A DNA stretch of 64,000 nt. Origin: Rhizobium sp. Q54. Lineage in GTDB: Bacteria > Pseudomonadota > Alphaproteobacteria > UBA2966 > CAIVPW01. The stretch is taken from positions 26,323-90,322 of the forward strand of contig CAMDCA010000002.1 in assembly GCA_945889645.1 (NCBI GenBank). The letters run 5' to 3'. The notes under the pieces are model-generated. The model was not told the origin of the DNA and did no database searches. It saw nothing but the letters and a program-made list of their open reading frames with translations. A program made the position numbers and the translations under genes. This document shows positions 23,036 through 37,625 of this stretch, piece after piece (position 1 is the first letter of the stretch; every line of letters begins with the position of its first letter).

Positions 23036-24204
23036 CAGGCAACTCCCCGCGTCGCGGAGACGATTTTCTCGGCGGCGTCGGCGAGGCCGTCGGCCGCAAT
23101 GATCGACAGTTTCGAGTCGGCCAGGATGCGGCGGCCTTCCTCGACGTTGGTGCCTTCGAGCCGCACGACCAGCGGCACCTTCATCTGCACTTCCTTGGTC
23201 GCGGCGACGACGCCTTCGGCGATGATGTCGCAGCGATTGATGCCGGCGAAGATGTTGACGAGGATGCCCTTCACGTTGGGGTCCGCGAGGATGATGTTGA
23301 ACGCCTCGACCACGCGCTCCTTGGGCGCCCCGCCGCCGATGTCCAGGAAGTTGGCAGGCTCACCGCCGTGGTGCTTGATCAGGTCCATGGTCGCCATGGC
23401 GAGGCCGGCGCCGTTGACCAGGCAGCCGATGTCGCCGTCGAGCTTCACGTAGTTGATCGAGGCGCGCTGGGCGCGCAACTCCGCCGCGTTCTCTTCCGTC
23501 TCATCGCGCATCGCGTTGATGGCCGATTGGCGGTAGAGCGCGCTGTCGTCGATGGTGATCTTGGCATCGAGGGCAATGACGTTGCCGTCCTTGGTGACGG
23601 CGAGCGGATTGATCTCGATGAGGCTCGCGTCGCACTCCATGTAGGCCTTGTAGGCGGCCATCATCAGCGGCACGCCGGTCTTCAGCTCACTGCCCTTGAG
23701 GCCGAGCGCGAAGGCAAGCTTGCGGGCGTGGAACGGCTGCATGCCGGTGATCGGATCGATCGACACGCGCACCAATTTTTCGGGTGAATGCGCGGCGACT
23801 TCCTCGATGTCCATGCCGCCTTCGGTCGAGCCCATCAGCGTGACGCGGCTGGTGGCGCGGTCGAGCAGCACCGAGAAGTACAGCTCGCGGGCGATGTCGG
23901 CGCCCTGTTCGATGTAGACCCGGTGCACGTCCTTGCCCTTCGGGCCGGTCTGGCGCGTCACCAGGTTCATGCCGAGGATCTGGTGCGCCGCCTTGGCTGC
24001 GTCCTGGGGGCTGCGCGTGACCTTCACGCCACCACCCTTGCCGCGGCCGCCGGCGTGGATCTGCGCCTTGACCACCCAGACGGGTCCGCCGACTTCGCTG
24101 ACGGCGCGTTCGATATCGCCCGCAGCCAGCACGACGCTGCCTCTTGGCACCGGCACGCCCGCGCGGGCGAGCAGCGCCTTAGCCTGATATTCGTGGAGAT
24201 TCAT
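23035..24204 (-). CDS. sucC: Succinate-CoA ligase beta subunit (Mtk-like FAGINRCD variant)
   Basis: [34 protein letters not shown]. Confidence 0.88.
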   Translation of the reverse strand: MNLHEYQAKALLARAGVPVPRGSVVLAAGDIERAVSEVGGPVWVVKAQIHAGGRGKGGGVKVTRSPQDAAKAAHQILGMNLVTRQTGPKGKDVHRVYIEQGADIARELYFSVLLDRATSRVTLMGSTEGGMDIEEVAAHSPEKLVRVSIDPITGMQPFHARKLAFALGLKGSELKTGVPLMMAAYKAYMECDASLIEINPLAVTKDGNVIALDAKITIDDSALYRQSAINAMRDETEENAAELRAQRASINYVKLDGDIGCLVNGAGLAMATMDLIKHHGGEPANFLDIGGGAPKERVVEAFNIILADPNVKGILVNIFAGINRCDIIAEGVVAATKEVQMKVPLVVRLEGTNVEEGRRILADSKLSIIAADGLADAAEKIVSATRGVA

Positions 24205-24260
24205 CGGTTCCCCAAACTGTGAGGGCGCCCGTTATAGGGCAGGCTTCGACGCCCTGGCAA

Positions 24261-25514
<1,254 letters not shown>

Positions 25515-25547
25515 TCACCACCCATCGGGCCAAACGGACATTTTTCC

Positions 25548-27467
25548 ATGGCGGAACAAACACTCGCCTTCCAAGCGGAAGTCACCAAGCTCCTGCACAT
25601 CGTCGCCAACTCGCTGTACAGCCGGAAGGAAGTCTTCCTGCGCGAGTTGATTTCGAATGCATCGGACGCCTGCGACCGGCTGCGCTATGAGGCCATCACG
25701 AGTCCCGCCCTGGCGGCGGGCGATTCCGAGTTCCGCGTCGTACTGCGGCCTGACGAGAAGGCGCGCACCCTGACGATCTGGGACAACGGTATCGGCATGA
25801 CGCGCCAGGACCTGATCGACAACCTCGGCACCATTGCGCGCTCCGGCTCGGCTGCATTCGCCGAACAGCTGGCGGCGCGGAAAAGCGACGGCGCGGAAAA
25901 AACGGATGACGTGTCGCTGATCGGCCAGTTCGGCGTCGGCTTCTATTCGGCGTTCATCGTCTCCGACAAGGTCGAGGTCATCAGCCGCCGCGCCGGACAA
26001 GCGGACGCGTGGCGCTGGACGTCGGACGGCCAGGGCACTTTCACGATCGTCGAGGCGGAGCGCAACGGCCGCGGCACGACCATCGTGCTGCATGTGCGCA
26101 AGGACCAAGAGGAGTTCCTGCAGCCGGGCACGCTGCGCCGCGTGGTCAAGGCCCACTCGGACCACATTGGCTTGCCGGTGACGCTCGCGGCCAAGGACGG
26201 CGAGGCCAAGGACGAGGAGGTCCTGAATGCTGCCTCCGCCTTGTGGACGCGGCCGCGCAAGGAAGTCACCGAGGAGCAGTACCGCGAGTTCTACCAGCAC
26301 GTCGCGCACGCGTTCGACGACCCGTGGATGACCATTCACGCCAAGGCCGAAGGGCGCCTCGAATACACGACCCTGCTGTTCGTGCCGACCATGCGGCCGG
26401 CCGACCTGTTCCACTCCGAGCGCAAGGCGCCGGTGCGCCTCTACGTGCGCCGCGTGTTCGTCACGGACGACGCCAAGGCGCTGCTGCCGTCGTACCTGCG
26501 CTTCCTGCGCGGCGTGGTGGATACCGAAGACATCGCCCTCAACGTCAGCCGCGAGATGCTGCAGCACGATCCGGTGCTGGCGCGCATCGGCTCGGCGCTG
26601 GTGACGCGCGTGCTGTCCGAGCTGGAGAAGAAGGCCGAGAAGGAGCCGGAGGAGTACGCCAAGTTCTGGGCGACATTCGGGCCGGTCGTGAAGGAAGGCC
26701 TGTACGAGGATTCGACCAAGCGCGACCAACTCCTGAAGCTCGCCCGATTCCACTCCGTCGCGCCGGAGGCGCGCAAGGGAGAGGGCGCGGGCGACAAGCT
26801 GGTGTCGCTGGCAGAGTACGTCGGCCGTCTGAAGGACAAGCAGGACTCGATCTACTTCATCACCGGCGACGACGCCGCGGCCCTGAAGTCGAGCCCGCAA
26901 ATCGAAGGGTTCCTCGCGCGCGGCTACGAGGTGCTGCTGCTGTCCGATCCGGTCGATGAGTTCTGGGTGACGGCCGTCGGCCCCTATGAAGGCAAAAAAT
27001 TCGTTTCAGCGTCTCAAGGCGCCGCCGACCTCGGTGCCGCGCCGCCGAGTGCCGAAAAGAAGGAAGCCGCCGACTCCGGCGAACTGGCAGTGCTGATCGC
27101 CCTGTTGAAGCAGAACCTTGGCGAGGCAGTGCAGGACGTGCGCGCCAGCGAGCGCCTGACCGACAGCGCGGTGTGCTTGGTTGCCGGCGCCAACGATTTG
27201 CCGCGCCACCTCGCCCGCATGCTGCGCGCCCAGGGGCAGATTCAGGCGACCCCGGCCGGAGTCTTGGAGATCAACCCAAGCCACGCGCTGATCCGCGGTC
27301 TTGCCAAGCTGTCGATGAACGCGGGCGCGCGCGGCCGCTTGGACGACCTCGGCCGTTTGCTGCTGGACCAGGCGCGCATCCGCGAAGGCGAGTTGCCCAA
27401 CGACATCGCGGCGTTTGCGCGCCGTATGGCGGAAGTCATGACTGAAGCCGTCAGCGCCAAGGCATAA
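25548..27467 (+). CDS. htpG: Hsp90 chaperone HtpG
   Basis: FLRELISNASDA, DNGIGM, IGQFGVGFYS, LNVSRE. Confidence 0.96.
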   Translation: MAEQTLAFQAEVTKLLHIVANSLYSRKEVFLRELISNASDACDRLRYEAITSPALAAGDSEFRVVLRPDEKARTLTIWDNGIGMTRQDLIDNLGTIARSGSAAFAEQLAARKSDGAEKTDDVSLIGQFGVGFYSAFIVSDKVEVISRRAGQADAWRWTSDGQGTFTIVEAERNGRGTTIVLHVRKDQEEFLQPGTLRRVVKAHSDHIGLPVTLAAKDGEAKDEEVLNAASALWTRPRKEVTEEQYREFYQHVAHAFDDPWMTIHAKAEGRLEYTTLLFVPTMRPADLFHSERKAPVRLYVRRVFVTDDAKALLPSYLRFLRGVVDTEDIALNVSREMLQHDPVLARIGSALVTRVLSELEKKAEKEPEEYAKFWATFGPVVKEGLYEDSTKRDQLLKLARFHSVAPEARKGEGAGDKLVSLAEYVGRLKDKQDSIYFITGDDAAALKSSPQIEGFLARGYEVLLLSDPVDEFWVTAVGPYEGKKFVSASQGAADLGAAPPSAEKKEAADSGELAVLIALLKQNLGEAVQDVRASERLTDSAVCLVAGANDLPRHLARMLRAQGQIQATPAGVLEINPSHALIRGLAKLSMNAGARGRLDDLGRLLLDQARIREGELPNDIAAFARRMAEVMTEAVSAKA

Positions 27468-27477
27468 GCGAGGCCCC

Positions 27478-27948
27478 GTGGAAAAGCGCACCGCCGGCAT
27501 CCTGCTCTACCGCCGCAAGGCGAAGGTGATCGAGGTTCTGCTGGTGCACCCCGGCGGGCCGTTCTGGGCGCACAAGGACGACGGCGCGTGGTCAATCCCG
27601 AAGGGCCTCTACGGTCCCGAGGAAGAACCGCTGGCAGCCGCCAAGCGCGAGTTCGCCGAAGAGACCGGCGGCACGTTCACCGGCACGCCGCACCCGCTCG
27701 GCACGTTCCGCCAGCCGAGCGGCAAGGCGCTGTCGGCATGGTGCGTCGAAGGCGACTTCGACCCGCGGAAGCTCGTCAGCAACACCTGCATGGTCGAATG
27801 GCCGCCGCACTCCGGCAAACAAATCGAGATACCCGAGGTCGATCGCGGCGCGTGGTTCACGACGGACAAGGCAACCGTGAAGATTCACCTCGGACAGAAG
27901 CCAGTGCTGCGGGCACTGCTCGCACACCTCGGCGAAAGCGGGTCGTGA
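27478..27948 (+). CDS. Nudix hydrolase
   Basis: HPGGPFW, WSIPKG...AKREFAEETG, PEVDR. Confidence 0.85.
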   Translation: MEKRTAGILLYRRKAKVIEVLLVHPGGPFWAHKDDGAWSIPKGLYGPEEEPLAAAKREFAEETGGTFTGTPHPLGTFRQPSGKALSAWCVEGDFDPRKLVSNTCMVEWPPHSGKQIEIPEVDRGAWFTTDKATVKIHLGQKPVLRALLAHLGESGS

Positions 27949-28484
27949 CGGCGTACGTCGCGCTGCTGCGCGCCGTCAACGTCGGCGGGCGCGGCAAGGT
28001 GGCGATGGCCGACTTGCGCGCGCTGGCGACCGACCTTGGCCTCACCAACGCCCGCACGTTGCTGAACAGCGGCAACCTGGTGTTCGAGGCCGACGGTACC
28101 GCCGACAAGATCGCAGCGCGGCTGGAAGCGGAGACCACCGAGCGCCTGGGCGTGACCACCGACTTCCTGGTGCGCAGCGGCCAGGAGTGGCGCGCGGCGA
28201 TCGCCGCCAATCCGTTCGCCACCGCCGCGACGGACGATCCGGGTCACCTGCTGCTGATGCCACTGAAGGACGCGCCCACCGCCGCTGCCGTGAAAGCGCT
28301 GCAGGCCGCGATCAAGGGGCGCGAGGTCGTCCACGCCAAGGGCAAGAACCTGTTTGCCGTGTACCCCGACGGCGTCGGCCGCTCGAAGCTCACGACGGCG
28401 CTGATCGAAGGCACGCTCGGCACCCGCGGCACGGCGCGCAACTGGAACACGGTGTTGAAGCTGGCGGCGCTGCTCGGCGCCTAG
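27945..28484 (+). CDS. DUF1697-family protein
   Basis: YVALLRAVNVGG, SGNLVF, TARNWNTV. Confidence 0.85.
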   Translation: MTAYVALLRAVNVGGRGKVAMADLRALATDLGLTNARTLLNSGNLVFEADGTADKIAARLEAETTERLGVTTDFLVRSGQEWRAAIAANPFATAATDDPGHLLLMPLKDAPTAAAVKALQAAIKGREVVHAKGKNLFAVYPDGVGRSKLTTALIEGTLGTRGTARNWNTVLKLAALLGA

Positions 28485-28490
28485 GCGCTA

Positions 28491-29258
28491 CTAGGTGCCG
28501 TCGTGCACCTTGGCCTTCACGGCGCCGAGGATCGGGCCCTGGTTGGGCATCTGGACGATGGCGGCGCAGTACGAGGCGCCGGGCGACAGCTGGCCCGCGG
28601 GCAGCGGGAAGGTCGCGGGCTTTCCGTCCCACTTGGTCAGGTGCAGCATGGTTTGCACCACGTTGCCGTAGCTGATGGTCTTGCCGGCGTTCTCGCCGCG
28701 CGCGATCGGCACGACCTTGGCATCGGCGAACAACACCAGCCAGATGTCAGCCTCGACGCGGAAGTCGCCGGGCTTGGTGGCCTCGACGCGCAGGATCGGC
28801 TCACCGTTCTCGGCGTAGTCGAAGCGCACGTCGGCGCCGCCGGCCATGGCCGGAGCGCGCGCCTGTTCGATTGCCGCCTCGACCGCCATGCGATCCGATG
28901 CGACCGCTTCGAAACGTCCGTTGACGACGATCTGCGGCGTGTAGACCGATTGCATGCGCAGCGGGCGCATGTAGTTGCGCTGGCGCGCGGTGGTCGCGGG
29001 CGTGGCAAAGGTGTCGGCCCAGCCCAGGTAGTCCCAGTAATCGACGTGGAAGCCGAGGACGATGAAGTTCTCGCGCTCCTGGCGCGCGACCAGCTCGAGC
29101 AGGAACGCGTCGGCCGGCGGGCACTGGCTGCAGCCCTGCGAGGTGAACAACTCCACCACCGTCACCGGCATGTTGGCACGCTGCGCCAGCGCGGGCGCCG
29201 CCGCGAACAAGGCGAGCGCGCCCGCCAGGACCGGCACAAGAAAGAACCAACGTGACAT
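28491..29258 (-). CDS. DUF1223 thioredoxin-like secreted protein
   Basis: VELFTSQGCSQCPPAD, HVDYWDYLGW, YTPQ. Confidence 0.88.
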   Translation of the reverse strand: MSRWFFLVPVLAGALALFAAAPALAQRANMPVTVVELFTSQGCSQCPPADAFLLELVARQERENFIVLGFHVDYWDYLGWADTFATPATTARQRNYMRPLRMQSVYTPQIVVNGRFEAVASDRMAVEAAIEQARAPAMAGGADVRFDYAENGEPILRVEATKPGDFRVEADIWLVLFADAKVVPIARGENAGKTISYGNVVQTMLHLTKWDGKPATFPLPAGQLSPGASYCAAIVQMPNQGPILGAVKAKVHDGT

Positions 29259-29337
29259 GAGTTTCAATCGTGCCGCCGTGAACACTGCCCGGGCCAATCA
29301 CTTGTGGGTGACGCGGCAAAGGGCCGCGCACGCCATT

Positions 29338-32046
<2,709 letters not shown>

Positions 32047-32161
32047 TTCCGCACCCCCGTGCGGGTGGAAGCGGCTGCGCCCGAAGGCGGCCGCGGTTCG
32101 AAGTGCGGCGATACTACAAGAATTGGTGCGGCGCGGGCTTTCGGCTAGGGTCGCGCCACCG

Positions 32162-32791
32162 ATGACCGCTGCCACGTTCGCCGCAACCTTTGAGGCCCGG
32201 GGTCTCACCTGCATTCGCGGCGAGCGCGTCGTTTTCGAGAACCTGGCGTTCTCGGTGGCGCCGGGCGGCGCGCTGCTGTTGCGCGGCGCGAACGGAACCG
32301 GCAAGTCGAGCCTGCTGCGCATCTGCGCCGGGTTCCTGCAGCCGGCCGGCGGCGAGCTGCGGTGGAATGCCGCCCCCGTCGCCGGCGACCTCGACGCCCA
32401 CCGCGCCCGCCTCGCCTATGTCGGGCATCTCGATGCCGTGAAGCCGGCCTTCACCGTCGCCGAGAACGTCGCCTTCTGGCTGAAGCTCAGTGGCGCTGGC
32501 ACCCGCGCCGAGACCGCGCTGTCCGCCCTCGGCCTCGGACACCTCGCCTCCCTACCGGCCGCCTACCTGTCGGCCGGTCAGCGGCGGCGGCTCAACCTCG
32601 CGCGCCTGGCCGGCAGCGCTGCGCCGCTGTGGCTGCTCGACGAGCCCACGTCTTCGCTGGACGACGCGTCCTCGCACGCGTTGCTGACGCTAATCGAGGC
32701 GCATCGCGCCGGCGGCGGCATGGCGGTGATCGCGACGCACCAGGATCTGGCGCTGACCAAGGCCGAGACGCTGCGGATCGGCGCGCAATGA
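32162..32791 (+). CDS. ccmA: Heme exporter ATP-binding protein
   Basis: [21 protein letters not shown]. Confidence 0.92.
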   Translation: MTAATFAATFEARGLTCIRGERVVFENLAFSVAPGGALLLRGANGTGKSSLLRICAGFLQPAGGELRWNAAPVAGDLDAHRARLAYVGHLDAVKPAFTVAENVAFWLKLSGAGTRAETALSALGLGHLASLPAAYLSAGQRRRLNLARLAGSAAPLWLLDEPTSSLDDASSHALLTLIEAHRAGGGMAVIATHQDLALTKAETLRIGAQ

Positions 32792-32798
32792 GCACGGC

Positions 32799-33464
32799 AT
32801 GAACGTCTTTGGCGCCATCGTCGCGCGCGACACCCGCCTGGCCCTGCGCCAAGGCGGCGGCAGCTACTGGACGCTGCTGTTCTTCGTCCTGACCGTGACG
32901 ATGTTCCCGCTCGGCGTCGGCCCCGACCTCGCGCTGCTGTCGCGCATCGGCGCCGGCGTGCTGTGGGTCACCGCCCTGCTCGCGGCGATGCTGTCGCTGG
33001 ACCGCATGTTCCAGGCCGACTTCGAGGACGGCAGCTTAGAGCTGCTGTCGCTCGCGCCCCTGCCGCTCGAACTCACGGTCTTGGCCAAGGCCGCGGCGCA
33101 TTGGCTGACCACCGGACTTCCGGTCACCGTTCTTGCGCCGTTGCTGGCGCTGATGCTGGCCGTCGATCCGGCTGCTTTCCCGGTCCTGATGCTCGCCATG
33201 CTGATCGGTACCCCGATCCTCAGCCTGATCGGCAGCATTGGCGCAGCACTTACGGTGGGAATTCGCCGAGGCGGCGTTCTGCTGTCCCTGCTGGTGATGC
33301 CGTTGTACGTGCCGGCTCTGATTTTCGGTGTACTTGCCGTCCAGGCAGCGCTGGACGGCCTGACTCCCCGGCCGCACCTGTTGCTGCTCGGGGCCGACTT
33401 CTTGGTCGCACTGGCCATCACCCCCTGGCTCGCCGCCGCGGCACTTCGCCTCAATCTGGAGTAA
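32799..33464 (+). CDS. ccmB: Heme exporter permease
   Basis: FPLGVGP, DFEDGSL, PLYVPALIFG. Confidence 0.93.
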   Translation: MNVFGAIVARDTRLALRQGGGSYWTLLFFVLTVTMFPLGVGPDLALLSRIGAGVLWVTALLAAMLSLDRMFQADFEDGSLELLSLAPLPLELTVLAKAAAHWLTTGLPVTVLAPLLALMLAVDPAAFPVLMLAMLIGTPILSLIGSIGAALTVGIRRGGVLLSLLVMPLYVPALIFGVLAVQAALDGLTPRPHLLLLGADFLVALAITPWLAAAALRLNLE

Positions 33465-33594
33465 CTGCGCCGAGATTGGCGCGGCTGGCGCGTTCGGTGC
33501 TAAATCCCTGGGCCTTGGCCCTGGTCCTTGGGGGTCCGGGCTTGGCGGCTCATGGCCCTGAGAACCACCCTGATCGGCTTGAAGGTCAACCGGC

Positions 33595-34311
33595 ATGGCT
33601 AATCTGCATTGGCTGGCGAACCCTGGACGTTTCCTCCGCATTGCGGCGGTCGTCCTGCCGTGGCTAGCGGCGGCCACCGCCGTCCTGCTGGCCGTTGGCC
33701 TGTGGCTGGCGTTGCGCGCCCCCCAGGATGCGACCCAGGGCGCCCCGGCCAAGATCATGTACATGCACGTGCCGAGCGCGATCCTGAGCATGACGATCTT
33801 CGGCGCCATGGCCTTCGCCAGCGCCATCGCCTTGATCTGGCGTCATCCGCTCGCCGACATCGCCGCCAAGGCGTCGGCGGCGATCGGCGCCGGCTTCACC
33901 GCCTCCTGCCTGATCACCGGCTCGCTGTGGGGCCGCCCGAGCTGGGGTACGTTCTGGGTGTGGGACGCGCGCCTGACGTCCGAGCTGATCCTGTTCTTCA
34001 TCTACCTCGGCTACATCGCCATCTGGCAGGCAATCGAGGATCCGCAGCGCGCCAGCCGCGCCGCCGCGATCGTCGCGCTCGCCGGCTCCGTCAACCTGCC
34101 GATCATTCATTACTCTGTGGTGTGGTGGAACACGCTGCACCAGCCGCCAGGCCTGATGCAGGGCCGCACCGATCCATCGATGGCGGTGCCGCTGCTGACG
34201 CTGATGGGCGCCTTCTTCTTGTTCTACGTCACGCTGCTGCTGTGGCGCATGGAGCGCGAGATCGTCGGCCGCAAGATTCGCCAGTTCCGCCTCCTGCGGG
34301 CACAGGCCTAG
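33595..34311 (+). CDS. ccmC: Heme exporter protein C
   Basis: MHVP, WGRPSWGTFWVWDARLT, WWNTLHQ. Confidence 0.95.
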   Translation: MANLHWLANPGRFLRIAAVVLPWLAAATAVLLAVGLWLALRAPQDATQGAPAKIMYMHVPSAILSMTIFGAMAFASAIALIWRHPLADIAAKASAAIGAGFTASCLITGSLWGRPSWGTFWVWDARLTSELILFFIYLGYIAIWQAIEDPQRASRAAAIVALAGSVNLPIIHYSVVWWNTLHQPPGLMQGRTDPSMAVPLLTLMGAFFLFYVTLLLWRMEREIVGRKIRQFRLLRAQA

Positions 34312-34316
34312 CGCCG

Positions 34317-34550
34317 ATGGCCGAGTATTTCGCCATGGGCGGGTTTGCCTGGTTCATCTGGCCGGCCTATGTCGTGACGCTGGGATTCATGCTCGGCATC
34401 ACCGTCTCCACATTGCGCGGGCTCAAGGCCGATCGCCGCACGCTCGCCGAGCTGGAGAAAGGCGCGCCGCATCGGCAGCGCCGGCAGGCCGCCGCCGGCA
34501 TGACCGCCGCACAGGCCGATGCACCCCAAGGAGTTGCCCGTGACGCGTAA
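34317..34550 (+). CDS. ccmD: Heme exporter protein D
   Basis: FAMGGFAWFIWPAY single TM, between ccmC and ccmE. Confidence 0.85.
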   Translation: MAEYFAMGGFAWFIWPAYVVTLGFMLGITVSTLRGLKADRRTLAELEKGAPHRQRRQAAAGMTAAQADAPQGVARDA

Positions 34551-34977
34551 GCGCCAACGCCTGATTCTGGTACTGAGCGGGCTCGCCGCGCTCGGTCTCG
34601 CCACCGGATTGACGCTGTACGCCCTACGCGACAACTTGGTGTTTTTCTACAGTCCGACCCAGGTCGTGCAGCACGAAGTGCCGGTCGAGAATCGCAACAT
34701 CCGCATCGGTGGCCTGGTCGCCGATGGATCGGTGCAGCGCCCGGCCGCCAACACCATCCACTTCGCCATCACTGACATGGTGAACACGGTGAACGTCACC
34801 TACACCGGCCTGGTGCCCAATCTGTTCAAGGAAGGCCAAGGCGTCGTCGCCGAAGGCCGCCTCGGTCCCGACGGCACCTTCCTCGCCAGCCAGGTGCTGG
34901 CCAAGCACGACGAGACCTACATGCCTAAGGAAGTGATCGACGCCCTCAAGGCGTCCGGGCAGTGGAAGGGTAACTGA
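34540..34977 (+). CDS. ccmE: Heme chaperone CcmE
   Basis: IRIGGLV, LAKHDETYMP. Confidence 0.95.
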   Translation: MTRKRQRLILVLSGLAALGLATGLTLYALRDNLVFFYSPTQVVQHEVPVENRNIRIGGLVADGSVQRPAANTIHFAITDMVNTVNVTYTGLVPNLFKEGQGVVAEGRLGPDGTFLASQVLAKHDETYMPKEVIDALKASGQWKGN

Positions 34978-35081
34978 TGTCTGTCCGGAGGTTCGGAGCG
35001 CGGCCGCCCTTCGACTGCTGTGATGCGACCGCTCGCTGCGCTCGCGGGCGCGCGTCCCGCGCGACGGAAGGGAACTCTTAG

Positions 35082-37073
35082 GTGGTCGCTGAGCTCGGAC
35101 ATTTCGCGCTGATCGTCGCGTTCGTCATCGCCGCCGTGCAGGCGACCGTGCCGCTGGTCGGCGCCCATCGCGGCGACGACAACTGGATCGCCGTCGCGCG
35201 CCCGGCGGCGCTGACGCAGTTCTTGATGGCGGCGGTGGCGTTCTTCGCGCTGATGTGGTGCTTTGTACACTCCGACTTCTCGGTGTACGCGGTCTACAAC
35301 AGCTCGCACTCGCTGAAGCCACTGGTCTACAAAATCGCCGGCGTGTGGGGAAACCACGAGGGCTCGCTGCTCTTGTGGATTCTGATCCTGTCCGGCTTCG
35401 GCGCCGCGGTGGCGGCCTTCGGCAACAACCTGCCGCCCGCGCTCAAGGCGCGCGTCCTGTCCGTCCAGGGCATGATCGGCGTCGGCTTCCTCGCCTTCAT
35501 CCTATTCACCTCGAACCCGTTCGCGCGTGTGTTCCCGGCGCCGGAAGAAGGCATGGGACTGAACCCGCTGCTGCAGGACTTCGGCCTCGCCATCCATCCG
35601 CCGTTCCTCTACCTCGGCTACGTCGGCTTCTCGATGGCGTTTTCCTTCGCCGTCGCGGCGTTGATCGAGGGCCGCGTCGATCCGGCCTGGGCGCGCTGGG
35701 TGCGGCCGTGGACCCTGGCGGCGTGGTGTTTCCTGACGGTCGGCATCACGCTCGGCTCGTGGTGGGCGTACTACGAGCTTGGCTGGGGCGGCTTCTGGTT
35801 CTGGGATCCGGTCGAGAACGCGTCGTTCATGCCGTGGCTTGCCGGCACCGCGCTGCTGCACTCGGCCATCGTCGTCGAGCGGCGTGACACACTGAAGGCG
35901 TGGACCATCCTGCTCGCCATCCTGACGTTCTCGCTCAGCCTGCTCGGCACGTTCATCGTGCGCTCCGGCGTGCTGACCAGCGTGCACGCGTTCGCCACCG
36001 ATCCAGCGCGCGGCCTGTTCATCCTGGCGTTCCTGGTCGCCGTCATCGGCGGCTCGCTGGCGCTGTTCGCCGTACGCGCACCGGCGCTAAAGCCGGGCGG
36101 CTTGTTCGCTCCGGTCAGCCGCGAAGGCGCGCTGGTGCTGAACAACCTGCTGCTCGCTACGGCGTGCGCCACCGTGCTGCTCGGCACGCTGTATCCGCTG
36201 TTCCTCGACGCCCTGACCGGCGACAAGGTTTCGGTCGGCCCGCCGTTCTTCCAGGCGACCTTCGTGCCGATCATGCTGCCGCTGCTCGGCGCCATGGTGG
36301 TTGGTCCCATGCTGCCGTGGAAGCGCGCTGACCTGGGCCCGGCCCTGGAGCGCCTGCGCTTCACCTTCATTGCCGCTGGCTTTGCGGGACTCGTCGTCTA
36401 CGCCCTGGTCAGCGGCACGTCGTTGACCGCGGCGGGCGGGATCGCGCTCGCCACGTGGATCATACTGGGCGGCATGACGCCGCTGGCGCAGCGCGTGTTC
36501 CGCCGCGGCGCCGGTGGCGCCGACCGCCTGCGCGCCTTGCCGCGCTCGGCCGTCGGCATGTCGCTGGCGCATGCAGGAATCGGCGTCGTCGTGCTTGGCC
36601 TGACCGCGCTGCTGACGTGGCAGACCGAGAAGGACCAGGTCCTGCGCGTCGGCCAGTCGATGGACGTCGCCGGGTACACGCTGACGCTGCGCAGCGTCGG
36701 CCCGCACCCGGGCGCCAACTACATCGCGTCGCGCGCAGTGTTCGACGTCGCCAAGGGCGGTGCCGTCATAAAGACAGCGCTGCCCGAGAAGCGCGCGTAC
36801 GTGGACTCGACCCAGGTGACGACCGAAGCGGCCATCGAGCCGACCCTGTTCGGTGACCTCTACGTTGTACTGGGCGACGCGGACGGAACCGGCGGTTACG
36901 CCATCCGCGCCTACTTCAAGCCGTTCGTCCACCTGCTGTGGCTGGGCGCCGCGCTGATGGTGCTGGGCGGCGTGGTGTCGCTGTCGGATCGCCGCCACCG
37001 CGTCGGCGCACCAGCGAAGAGCCGCACGCCGGGCGCCGCCGTTGCCGCTCCGCCGGCGCGCGCCGCGACCTGA
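35082..37073 (+). CDS. ccmF: Heme lyase CcmF
   Basis: WGNHEGS, WAYYELGWGGFWFWDPVEN, SVHAF. Confidence 0.96.
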   Translation: MVAELGHFALIVAFVIAAVQATVPLVGAHRGDDNWIAVARPAALTQFLMAAVAFFALMWCFVHSDFSVYAVYNSSHSLKPLVYKIAGVWGNHEGSLLLWILILSGFGAAVAAFGNNLPPALKARVLSVQGMIGVGFLAFILFTSNPFARVFPAPEEGMGLNPLLQDFGLAIHPPFLYLGYVGFSMAFSFAVAALIEGRVDPAWARWVRPWTLAAWCFLTVGITLGSWWAYYELGWGGFWFWDPVENASFMPWLAGTALLHSAIVVERRDTLKAWTILLAILTFSLSLLGTFIVRSGVLTSVHAFATDPARGLFILAFLVAVIGGSLALFAVRAPALKPGGLFAPVSREGALVLNNLLLATACATVLLGTLYPLFLDALTGDKVSVGPPFFQATFVPIMLPLLGAMVVGPMLPWKRADLGPALERLRFTFIAAGFAGLVVYALVSGTSLTAAGGIALATWIILGGMTPLAQRVFRRGAGGADRLRALPRSAVGMSLAHAGIGVVVLGLTALLTWQTEKDQVLRVGQSMDVAGYTLTLRSVGPHPGANYIASRAVFDVAKGGAVIKTALPEKRAYVDSTQVTTEAAIEPTLFGDLYVVLGDADGTGGYAIRAYFKPFVHLLWLGAALMVLGGVVSLSDRRHRVGAPAKSRTPGAAVAAPPARAAT

Positions 37074-37076
37074 TCG

Positions 37077-37625
37077 ATGCGTCCCGCGCTGGTCGTTCCG
37101 GTCGCTCTGTTCGCCGTCGTCGCGGTGGCGTTGGCCGTTGGCCTTGGCCTTAAGCCGCGCGAAATTCCCTCCGCGCTGATCGGCCAGCCGGTGCCCGCCT
37201 TTGCGCTCGACCCGGTCGAGAACTTCGGCCCTGGCCTGTCGAATGAAGACCTGCGCGGCCAGGTCACCATCGTCAACGTGTTCGCCTCGTGGTGCGTGCC
37301 GTGCCGCGCCGAGCACCAGCTGTGGGTCGATGTCGCCAAGACCGGCCTGCCGATCTTCGGCCTCAACTACAAGGACACGCCCGCCAACGCCTCGGCGTGG
37401 CTGGCGCAGCTCGGCAATCCGTACCAGCGCACCGGCGCCGATCGGCAAGGCCGCGTCGGCATCGACTTCGGCGTCTACGGCGTGCCGGAGACGTTCGTCA
37501 TCGACCACAACGGCATCATCCAGCTCAAGTTCATCGGACCGGTCGACCGCGTGGCGCTGGAAACGCAGATCCTGCCCAAGGTGCGCGCGCTGCAGGCGCT
37601 GGTCCAGCCGGCGCCGGCACGATGA
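37077..37625 (+). CDS. ccmG: Thiol:disulfide oxidoreductase DsbE/CcmG
   Basis: FASWCVPC, GVYGVPETF. Confidence 0.94.
   Translation: MRPALVVPVALFAVVAVALAVGLGLKPREIPSALIGQPVPAFALDPVENFGPGLSNEDLRGQVTIVNVFASWCVPCRAEHQLWVDVAKTGLPIFGLNYKDTPANASAWLAQLGNPYQRTGADRQGRVGIDFGVYGVPETFVIDHNGIIQLKFIGPVDRVALETQILPKVRALQALVQPAPAR

Noticed and set aside
33581-33591. TTGAAGGTCAA-like sequence just upstream of ccmC as an FNR box
   Set aside because: Spacing does not match TTGAT-N4-ATCAA.
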